Both the position numbers and the translations under genes were made by a program. Of a DNA stretch of 64,000 nt, positions 1 to 10,098 are shown in pieces. The DNA comes from Narcine bancroftii (taxonomy: Eukaryota), in contig NC_091474.1 of assembly GCF_036971445.1 (NCBI RefSeq), positions 170,686,001 through 170,750,000 of the forward strand. Reading direction: 5' to 3'. A model generated the notes under the pieces. The model worked only from the letters and a program-made list of their open reading frames with translations, ran no database searches and was not told where the DNA came from. Every line of letters starts with the position of its first letter. Position 1 is the stretch's first letter.

Positions 1-1245
1 ACTACCTTTCAAGAGTGCCAAAGAATTGAGGCCTACCTGTCCAGTTGAAACCACGGAGTTGGTGGGAATCCCCAAGGCTCAGGGGACTCCTGCCCGGTTA
101 AGTATGACACCAGTGCCGATCCTACCTCTGGAAGATGATGCCGGCTTGACAATAAAGTAAGCCGGCACTGAACCATGCACTCGTGAAGTCGGGTGCACAG
201 GCGGTCCGGCCAAGAGAGGGGCCCTTGAGCCCTCGATGTTGTTGGGTGGGCTGGGGATGCGCAGTGTTGCGTCGGAGGACGAACCTGCTCAGTCGCTGGT
301 CCTACTGGGCATGCGTGGTGCTTCAAGAGTTCGGGATTTATTAGAACGGGTGTGGGCTGTGGGGGGGCCCTGAGTGGCAGCACCCCGACGAGGTCGGGCT
401 GCCATCGTCGGGTGTTCAGACCCACGGCCGCACCAGAAGAGGACCAGCAGTGCCTGAAGACGAAGAAGACTTCACTGGGCACCACACAAGAACAAATGGA
501 GGTGGAGACCAGGGAAGGAAGGCCTCAAAGGGAAGTGATGGAATCCGGAATGGAATCTATGTGTGCTGCTTTGGAAGGGATTGCCGACCAAATGGACAAT
601 ATGTTTAAACAGATGTCTCGAGGATTCCTGGATGTAAAAACTAAAATGAGCACTATGTGTGAAGACATGACAAATATGAAGCAAGATATGTCTGTAGCTA
701 AAAGTGATGTTAATAGATGTATAAAATCAGTTGATACAGTATAATATAATTTTTAAAATATTGAAGCAGCTTGTTTTGAATATAAAAATCAAGTTGAATA
801 ATAGGGAAAAAATGGAAAAAGTGGAAGATTCTTTTGTGGATTGGAGAATTCAGAAGAAAGAATTATTGAAGAAAATTGATTCATTGGAAAATCAAAGTCG
901 GAGGAATAATGTGAAAATAGTGGGTCTTCCAGAAGATATTGAAGGTTTTAACCCGATAAAATTTTTTAAGAAATGGATTCCTGAGATGTTGGGCAAAGAG
1001 ATTTTTCCGGAAGGCTTAGAGTTGGATCGAGCACATAGAGCATTAAGGAAGAAGCCGTTTCCGGGACAATCACCACGGGTGGTTTTAATTCATTGTTTGA
1101 AATATCAAGATAGAGAAATTATATTACGTTTGGCGGTGCAGAAGGCCCTACAAAGTCAATCTCCAATGATGACTCAAAATAATAAGAGTATTTTTTATGC
1201 AGATTTGAGTCAAGAAATTATTAGGTGAAGTCGGGAATTTAATAC
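1..1245 (+). mobile_element. L1-clade LINE 5' part: GC-rich leader and frameshifted ORF1 (coiled coil + RRM), 3'-truncated
   Basis: ORFs 352-744 and 731-1228 contain LENQSRRNNVKIVGLPE...ELDRAHRAL...PRVVLIHCLKYQDRE, typical of L1 ORF1p. The sequence switches abruptly to CR1 at ~1250. Confidence 0.85.
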
Positions 1246-2955
1246 AGCTCTCTACAGTTTCTTACCTTTCCTTTAATCCTCACAGAGACATACCAACTCT
1301 GCACTCTTAGAACTTCTCCTTTGAATATCCTTCATTTATCAGCTACATTCTTCCCTAAAAATAAATTATACCAATCCACACCCTCCAAATCAAAATTTGA
1401 CCCTCAAAATTTGCTTTCTTCCAATCAGGAATCTCAACCTTTGGCCCACCTCTATACCATTACTAGAATAAAACTAATAGTATTGTGATCACGAGAACCA
1501 AAGTGTTCCCCAATACAAACTTGTCACATGACCTATCTCATTCCCTAATAAGTGATCCAATACTGCCCTCTCTCTAGTTGGTGGGTCTACATATTGATTA
1601 AGAAAACTTTCCAGAACACACTTAACAAACTCTACCCCATGCAGTCCTCTTACTGTATGGGTGTCCCAGTTAATGTTCGGAAAGTTGAAATCACCCACAA
1701 CTTTTACTTTGTGTTTATTACATATATATATGCAATCTTTTCACAAATTTTCTCCTCTAATTCCCTCAGCCCATTTGGTGGTCTATAATACACTCCCATT
1801 AATGTATTCACACCTCTGCCATCCTCAGTTCTACCCAAATAACCTCACTGGACAATCCGACCAAACTATCCTGCCACAGCACTGCTGTAATATTCTCTCT
1901 AATAAGCAATGCAACTTCTCCACCTTCTATTTCCCATCCCGCGTTCTATCATGCTTATAACAACAGAATCCTGGAACATTTAACTGCCAACGTGGCCTTC
2001 CTGCAACCAAGTTTCACTGATGGCCACAATGTCATATTTCCATGTGACCATCCATGCCTTAAGCTCATCCTCCTTGCATTAAAATATATGCACTTGAGAG
2101 ACTGTCCTCCACATACACTCCTTTTGTTACCAACTACCTTTACCTTCCTCCTTCATTTATATTTTTGTTGTTTCCTCCAATCTAGGTGTTCTTCCTCCCT
2201 ATTCTCATTCTGATTTCCACCCCCCTGCCAAACTAGTTTAGCCCTCCCCAACAGCTATAGCAAACCTGCCTGCCAGGATATTGGTCCCTCTCCAGATCAA
2301 GTGCAGCCCATCCATTTTGTACAGGTTTGCCTTGCCACAGAAGATGTCCCAAAGATCCAGAAATTGAAACCCCCACCCCCTACTCCAGCTCCTGAGCCAC
2401 ACATTCCTCCTCCACAACTTCCTATTTCTGCCCTCACTAGTGTGTGGTGTAGGCAGCAATCCTGAGATTGCCACCCTTGAGATCCTACTTTTCAACTTCT
2501 TCCCTAACTCTATGTAATCCCTTTTCAGGACCTCATCCCCACTTCTAACTATGTCATTCGTCCCCACGTGGACCACAACTTCTGGCTGCTCCCCCTCCCC
2601 CTCCAGAATGCTGGCACCTAGAAGGCAACATACCACAAAGGATCCCCAATTTCATCCAGCAAATCTCCTATCTGCTCCCATAACCAGCAAGTCCCCAACT
2701 ATGATAACCCTACTCTTTCCTCCCCTTGCCTTCTGAGCCAAGGGTTCAGCCCTTGTGCCAGAGACCCAACCTCCATGACTTGTCTCCTGTAGACCATCCC
2801 CCCCCCCCCCCCAACAGTATCCAAAGCAGTATACTTGTTGAGGAAAACAGCCACAGGGATACTCTGTACTACCTCTCTCCCCCTTTCCTCTTAGTCACCC
2901 ATTTCCCTGACTACCTCTGCCTCCCTTATGATCCACAGTTCATCCAGGTGCAACT

Positions 2956-4563
2956 GGAAGAGAGCTAAGATAATGTAGCTAATAGAGGGAGGGAGGGGGA
3001 TATTACCATTATTTTCCATATTTTGTATATTTTTCTTTTCTTTTTTATATATCTGTATTTTTGTTTCTTTGTAATATTTTATCATGGCTTGGTTCAGCAT
3101 CATGCTGAAGAAGATTGAAAAGAGGGTTGGTGCGAGAACACAGCCTTGCTTCACGCCATTGTTAATGGAGAAGGGTTCAGAGAGCTCATTGCTGTATCTG
3201 ACCCGACCTTGTTGGTTTTCGTGCAGTTGGATAATCATGTTGAGGAACTTTGGGGGACATCCGATGTGCTCTAGTATTTGCCAAAGCCCTTTCCTGCTCA
3301 CGGTGTCGAAGGCTTTGGTGAGGTCAACAAAGGTGATGTAGAGTCCTTTGTTTTGTTCTCTGCACTTTTCTTGGAGCTGTCTGAGGGCAAAGACCATGTC
3401 AGTAGTTCCTCTGTTTGCGCGAAAGCCGCACTGTGATTCTGGGAGAATATTCTCGGCGACACTAGGTATTATTCTATTTAGTAGAATCCTAGCGAAGATC
3501 TTGCCTGCACAAGAGAAACTTGTCCGTGAACTACTCTTTGCAGACGATGCCGCTTTAGTTGCCCATTCAGAGCCAGCTCTTCAGCGCTTGACGTCCTGCT
3601 TTGCGGAAACTGCCAAAATTTTTGGCCTGGAAGTCAGCCTGAAGAAAACTGAGGTCCTCCATCAGCCAGCTCCCCACCATGACTACCAGCCCCCCCACAT
3701 CTCCATCGGGCACACAAAACTCAAAACGGTCAACCAGTTTATCTATCTCGGCTGCACCATTTCATCAGATGCAAGGATCGACAATGAGATAGACAACAGA
3801 CTCGCCAAGGCAAATAGCGCCTTTGGAAGACTACACAAAAGAGTCTGGAAAAACAACCAACTGAAAAACCTCACAAAGATAAGCGTATACAGAGCCGTTG
3901 ACATACCCACACTCCTGTTCGGCTCCGAATCATGGGTCCTCTACCGGCATCACCTACGGCTCCTAGAACGCTTCCAGCAGTGTTGTCTCCGCTCCAACCT
4001 CAACATCCATTGGAGCGCTTTCATCCCTAACGTCGAAGTACTCGAGATGGCAGAGGTCGACAGCATCGAGTCCACGCTGCTGAAGATCCAGCTGCGCTGG
4101 GTGGGTCACGTCTCCAGAATGGAGGACCATCGCCTTCCCAAGATCGTGTTATATGGCGAGCTCTCCACTGGCCAGCGTGACAGAGGTGCACCAAAGAAAA
4201 GGTACAAGGACTGCCTAAAGAAATCTCTTGGTGCCTGCCACATTGACCACTGCCAGTGGGCTCATATCGCCTCAAACCGTGCATCTTGGCGCCTCACAGT
4301 TTGGCGGGCAGCAACCTCCTTTGAAGAAGACCGCAGAGCCCACCTCACTGACAAAAGGCAAAGGAGGAAAAACCCAACACCCAACCCCAACCAACCAATT
4401 TTCCCCTGCAGCCGCTGCAACCGTGTCTGCCTGTCCCGCATCGGACTTGTCTGCCACAAACGAGCCTGCAGCTGACGTGGACTTTTACCCCCTCCATAAA
4501 TCTTCGTCCGCGAAGCCAAGCCAAAGAAATATTTTATAAAATTCTTAAATAATTTTTTTTTAA
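2956..4563 (+). mobile_element. Short 5'-truncated retroposed 3' end (L1-like 3'UTR) with 14-bp TSD; hosts the RTE
   Basis: ATCCAGGTGCAACT is duplicated at 2942-2955 and 4564-4577. A G-tract followed by a T-rich tail resembles the L1 3'UTR at 60750-61000. Confidence 0.65.
3083..4527 (+). mobile_element. Young RTE-clade LINE, 5'-truncated with 5' inversion (3083-~3508 minus, ~3509-4527 plus)
   Basis: RT motifs QCGFR..DMVFALRQLQEK..DLTKAFD..GVKQGCVLAP on the minus strand; LLFADD, YLG and C-terminal CxxC on the plus strand. Tail GCCAAGCCAAAGA; TSD AATATTTTAT at 3073-3082 and 4528-4537. Confidence 0.93.
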
Positions 4564-5462
4564 ATCCAGGTGCAACTCCAGTTCCCTAACTCGGTCTTCC
4601 ATGAGTTGCAACTGGATGCACCTTTTGCAGGTGCAGTCATTGGAAATACCTGTGGTGTCCCTGACCTCCCACATCCTGTAGTCAGAACACTCAATTTCCT
4701 CCATCACTTGCTCTTCAATTTAAATTAAAGTAATTTCGATATACTTAGAGCTCCTTGCTGGCCATCCCTTTAGCAAGCCCTCATTTTTATTGGTTCCTGC
4801 AAATTTTCTTAATTTCCCAATTAATCCCTCCCACAATAATCAATACCAGACTCACTTGGCTGAAGTGAAATGAATCAAAAAAGGTTTTAGGAACAAAAAC
4901 AGGAACAGCTAGAAAAATGTATAAAAATTTAGATGAAATATTCATCTTAATATCATTAATTCACCCAACAGGACATTGAAAGAGAAGACCACTGAGATAA
5001 AGACTTCTTAACATGATTCAGTAAAATAATGTGTTTGAATTTCTCCAAATCTTACAAGGATATTTGAGTTTTGATTTATTGTACAATGTTGAATGAGTTC
5101 AGAATCACAAAATCATAAAAATGCAGGAGGACCATTCTGCCTAGAAATTAACCTTAATACTTTGGAGAAATCTATTTAGCAAACTCTTTCTCTCTTTTGG
5201 TTGCCATCTAAGTGAAATTTTTTCAGGTTAAAATGGCAGCAGATCATTTAGATTTACCCCTTTAAAGTCATAATGACCTTGTAACTGAATTCCATCATTG
5301 AAATTTCTGTGCCTTACATCCTGACACAATTCTCCAGAAGTGGCTTAACTGTTGTCTTATAGTAATCATAAGGAGGGCTATAACAGGATGTGTGATGATG
5401 TTGAAAGGAAGGAAAATTGAAAACCAATCACTTCCAACACTCTGACTCATGGTATTTCTATT

Positions 5463-5685
5463 TTAAAATTTAAAAATTTAGAGATACAGCATGGTTAACG
5501 GCCTTTCTGGCCCACACAGCCCAAATACACGAATGGTCCTATGAACCCTGTATGTCTTTGGAATATGGGAGGAAACCAAAGCACACAGAGAAAACCCCGA
5601 ACTCCTTACAGACAGCGCCGGATATGAACCTGGTTGCTGGTACAGTAATAACATTGTACCAACTAGAATGCTAATCATACTGCCC
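5463..5685 (-). mobile_element. tRNA-derived SINE (V-SINE/HE1-like)
   Basis: Core GGGAGGAAACC..AGCAC..AGAGAAAACC..AACTCCTTACAGACAGCGCCGG, shared with copies at ~18190, 21345, 38495 and 39174. Confidence 0.7.
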
Positions 5686-5999
5686 TAGATTTGCCAATGT
5701 GACATTTTATCACATGACTTTTATCAAATGTTTGCAAATAATATGCTTTCCTTATTTATGATACAAATTCATCAAACACTGAAAATATATTTGACTGGCT
5801 TTTAGGTGTAGTGAACAATAATTTACAAAACAGAGAAGTAGAGAGCACTTGGAAGAAAGACAATGATAATGAGTTTACCTATATTGTCAATGTTCAATAT
5901 ACATATGCACTGAAATTCTTAATTACTGTAGCACAAATGCTACTCAGTAAATAATGAAAATACCCTAAACTACAATTGTCTTCAAGCTATCTTTTACTC

Positions 6000-6420
6000 A
6001 AAGGTAGGAGGAGAAGGGATTATGATCAGGGTGATAGGGCTTCTTCATGATATTGGCTGTCTTCTTGAGGCAGCATCTCACTTGGATAAACTTAATAGAT
6101 GGATCTGTATCTAAGGATAAGTCGAGATGTCCCTGACTTACTGTGATAAGTTCATTTGTGAGCTCTAGTGACCTCCCAGGGTCTGTGCTGGCTGGAACTT
6201 GTACTCTGAGCAGCCTGTCATTTTGGTGAGAAGCGGAGGGGTCTGTCAAAACAGAGCCTTTGTCTTTCAGTTTTTGGGTTAGACAGAGGGTGAACAAGTT
6301 TGTGCTATAAAAAAAACATAGAAACAATGGCAAAGTCATCAAACACTATTGTGTGTCCTGGCCTTTAGGAATTTTATGATGAAAATTGATGAAGTCCAGG
6401 AGGAAGCCATAGACAAGAAC
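6000..6420 (-). mobile_element. Degraded Rex1/Babar-like LINE fragment
   Basis: RCCLKKTANIMKKPYHPDH resembles the Rex1 C-terminus; similar to 22250-22340. Confidence 0.5.
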
Positions 6421-6449
6421 ATTGAAATAGTTAACATTGATTTTTGTAT

Positions 6450-7225
6450 AAAAACACACACACAAATGGTGGTCAAACAGTGCCTTTATGTAGCATCATC
6501 AACGTTTCGGGCTTGAGCACTTCCTCAAGGTGTGGGGGAACATGGGAGATGTCTGAACAAAAGGGGGAAGGGGAGGGGGGAGTGGTGAGGGTGGGAAATG
6601 ATAGGTGGGGGGGGGCAAGAACACAGCAGGAAGGGAGGAGGAGTCTAGGCTAGGTGGAGAGAGAAAGGAAGTAGGAACTAGAATAACTAGTTGGGGGGGA
6701 GGGGGGAAGGTAAGCTTATTAGTGGAATGTTCATGCCCTGGGATTGGAAGGTACCCAAACAAAAAATGAGGTGTTGTTCCTCCAATCTGCGGGTGGTCAG
6801 GGTGGGGTAGAGTGAAAGGCCATGGACAGAAATGTGAGCTTGAGGGTGTGACTCAGAATTGAAATGGTTGGCTATGGGGAAGCTGCTTTTATTGCGGATG
6901 GAGAGAAAGTGCTGGGCGAAGTGATCTTCTAATCTGCGATTGGTCTCTCCGATGTAGAGAAGGCCACAGATGTTGCACCGGATGCAGAATATGTGTTCTT
7001 TGGAGGTACAGGTGAAGTATTTCTTCACTTGAAAGGTCTGTTTGGGACCTCGGACTGTGGTGAGGGAGGAGGTGTGGGTGCAGGTATTACACCTCCTACG
7101 ACTACAGTGGAAGGTGCCGGGGGCGATGGGTGGGGAGGGAAGAGTGCACAAGGCAGTCTGGAGGGAGCGGTCCCTACAGAAGGCTGAGAGGGGAGGAGAA
7201 GGAAAGATGTGTCCTGCAATAAGTT
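6450..7225 (-). mobile_element. Penelope-like element: GIY-YIG endonuclease 3' part + pseudo-LTR with hammerhead-like motif
   Basis: GTFHCSRRRCNTC...FTCTS..IFCIRCNICGLLYIGETNRRLEDHFAQH (6687-7268); TTGAGGAAGTGCTCAAGCCCGAAACGTT at 6501-6528 on the minus strand. Confidence 0.85.
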
Positions 7226-7502
7226 CTGGAAAATTTTTGTATTGTATAGACAATGCACAAAACAGCAAAGCAAGATGACTGGCATAGATGACTGATTAAT
7301 TACAGCTTGTGTGTTAGCAAGAGAAGATGGATAGGATCAGAAATATTAATTATAGCATCTGGAGAAGCTTAGCTTAATTCTAAGATGGTAGGCAACTGCA
7401 GATTATTATACAATAGAAAAGTAATGACTGCATTGTAGTAAGTAGCATTTGGAGGTGGAATATGCTTTCTTGTGTGTTTATCATTCTTTAATTAAGGAAA
7501 GG

Positions 7503-8486
7503 TAAACTGGTTGACCGTTTTGAGTTTTGTGTGCCCGATGGAGATGTGGGGGGGCTGGTAATCATGGTAGGGAGCTGGCTGATGGAGGACCTCAGTTTTC
7601 TTCAGGCTGACTTCCAGGCCAAACATTTTGGCAGTTTCCGCAAAGCAGGACGTCAAGCGCTGAAGAGCTGGCTCTGAATGGGTCAACCAGTTTACCTATC
7701 TCGGCTGCACCATTTCATCAGATGCAAGGATCGACAATGAGATAGACAACAGACTCGCCAAGGCAAATAGCGCCTTTGGAAGACTACACAAAAGAGTCTG
7801 GAAAAACAACCAACTGAAAAACCTCACAAAGATAAGCGTATACAGAGCCGTTGTCATACCCACACTCCTGTTCGGCTCCGAATCATGGGTCCTCTACCGG
7901 CACCACCTACGGCTCCTAGAACGCTTCCACCAGCGTTGTCTCCGCTCCATCCTCAACATCCATTGGAGCGCTTACATCCCTAACGTCGAAGTACTCGAGA
8001 TTGCAGAGGTCGACAGCATCGAGTCCACGCTGCTGAAGATCCAGCTGCGCTGGATGGGTCACGTCTCCAGAATGGAGGACCATCGCCTTCCCAAGATCGT
8101 GTTATATGGCGAGCTCTCCACTGGCCACCGTGACAGAGGTGCACCAAAGAAAAGGTACAAGGACTGCCTAAAGAAATCTCTTGGTGCCTGCCACATTGAC
8201 CACCGCCAGTGGGCTGATAACGCCTCAAACCGTGCATCTTGGCGCCTCACAGTTTGGCGGGCAGCAACCTCCTTTGAAGAAGACCGCAGTGCCCACCTCA
8301 CTGACAAAAGGCAAAGGAGGAAAAACCCAACATCCAACCCCAACCAACCAATTTTCCCCTGCAACTGCTGCAATCGTGTCTGCCTGTCCCGCATCGGACT
8401 TGTCAGCCACAAACGAGCCTGCAGCTGACGTGGACTTTTTACCCCCTCCATAAATCTTCGTCCGCGAAGCCAAGCCAAAGAAAGAA
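7503..8486 (+). mobile_element. Young RTE LINE, 5'-truncated with short 5' inversion (7503-~7682 minus)
   Basis: Nearly identical to 3560-4527; TSD AATTAAGGAAAGG at 7490-7502 and 8487-8499; tail GCCAAGCCAAAGAAAGAA. Confidence 0.93.
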
Positions 8487-9150
8487 AATTAAGGAAAGGC
8501 TACTGGTCATTCCCACCAAAAGCTGTGAGGAGAGAGTGTCAAGGCTGACCAGGACAGTTTGGTATTCAAGGAAAGAATCAGAAAACAATTATTAAAACTT
8601 CTTAATGCATATTTTATGGAGACTAGCTTTTTATGCTCCATGCAGTGACCACTTCAAGAGACTAGCAATAAAGCTATTTGCCATATTTTCTGTCATTGTT
8701 TGGTTTCCCAAAGTGAATTATCATTGATATTAAGCAAAAGCATATGAGCAATTGCTGTGAAATTGTATGCCAAGTTCTTAGGGTCCTCCTTGTTTAACAA
8801 AAACAATGTCAGATCAGATGAATCTAGTACAGGTCAGAACATTCCAAGGAAATATTCAAAAACAAACCACAGACAAAACAATACTCAGTACTGTAAAAGC
8901 TGTGCAGCAGTGGGCCACTGACCTGTTTATTTTCAATAAGGTCATAGCTGATCATATGACTAACCTCAAATATGCATTGCCTTCAGTAATCATTTATCCC
9001 TCTATGTCTTCTGCTTCCTCGCTCTTTAAGGAAAAGACCTCCAAAGTCTCAGGTCCACTAGGACATTTATTTCCTGCTTCACCTCTGTTATAAATGGGAG
9101 ACAGGGAGTTTGTAAACGGTCACCACTTCTTCCACAAGTTCCCTTTAGGA

Positions 9151-9248
9151 CAGTGATTCTCAACCTTTTTCTTTCCACTCACATACGGCCTTAAGTAATT
9201 CTTTATTAACCACAGAGCACTAGGGCATCCTGTGGTTGGTAAAGGATG
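9151..9248. mobile_element. Left half of a hAT (Charlie-like) MITE, truncated at the start of the GC-rich array
   Basis: CAGTGATTCTCAACC terminus; homologous to 21633-21711 and 30276-30636. Confidence 0.7.
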
Positions 9249-10098
9249 AGGAAAGACAGCGTGGAACGCAATCTGACCAAAAAGTGTGAAGGCCAAGCGT
9301 ATTTTTAGGGTGAACGACTCGCGGATCTGAAAGGAATACACTAAGGTGGAGCCGAGGCACACTGAAGGCAATGCAGACCGCGTAGAGTGGCGTCCCCGCA
9401 GATCGGCCAGGAACACCAGAGCGTGGTGCGCAAGCACAATTGAAAAGTTAGCGACAGCAGGGAATGTTGACTGCATTGTCCAGTGAAGGGTCCAGCGGAA
9501 CTGATCGTCCCCAGGGGAAGTGCGCAAAGGGACCTGAAAGAGAAGACACTGCACGGAGCTCCAGGAACGTGCCCGAAGCGATGAAACCGAAACGAGCCTG
9601 GCAAGCCGAAGCAGGCACGGACCCGAAAGCAACACGCCAAGGGGGTGCGCGGGCGGCCCTGACAGGGTGGATGCAGCACGATAGTCCAGCGGACTTGAAA
9701 GGGAGGACGACGTGGAACGCGAATAACCCGCGGACCTGCAAGGAATCCGCTCGCGCGCTGCGTCGCGTGAAGATCCCGCTGATTGGAGGGATTACGCCCG
9801 GCTGGTGTTGTCAGCGGACCTGAGAGCGTGACGGATGATCGGCCAGTGGACCACAAGCGGACCTGAAAGAAACAGGCCAGGGCGATGCGCGTGCGCACTG
9901 AAGGCAATCCGGACCGCGTCGGGGGTGGGGTCGCGGCTCTGGCGAGCTGAAAGGGTCAAGCGTTGAAGGCGTCGCGCACCACGTTAAGGTGAGTCTTCTG
10001 CGGATCTGATTGGGGGTCGCCAGGTCGAAGGGAGCTGAAAGGGAAATGACAGCCCAGGGCCCCAGCCGACCTGAAAGGGTGAAAGCGAAACGGAGGAC
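9249..10098 (+). repeat. CpG-rich degenerate repeat/spacer array, core GCGGACCTGAAAGG, period ~36-43 bp (left part)
   Basis: Core variants start at 9321, 9357, 9398, 9434, 9495, 9528, 9617, 9653, 9689, 9730, 9814, 9857, 9893, 9941, 10000, 10029 and 10065, all on the + strand. Confidence 0.75.

Larger units (their letters stand above)
1250..4720 (-). mobile_element. Degraded CR1 LINE (ORF1 zinc-finger/SGNH esterase + ORF2 endonuclease), interrupted at 2956-4563 by nested inserts
   Basis: GDFNFPNINW...FLNQYVDPPTRERAVLD (1489-1698, APE domain); VVVHVGTNDI...DGLHL (2238-2636, SGNH esterase). DCTCKRCIQLQ..DRVRELELHLDELWIIREAE is re-joined across the insert. Confidence 0.85.

Noticed and set aside
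3348-4475. 375-aa ORF as an intact protein
   Set aside because: It is an artefact of the inversion junction: the first ~54 aa are antisense RT sequence fused to the sense RTE C-terminus.
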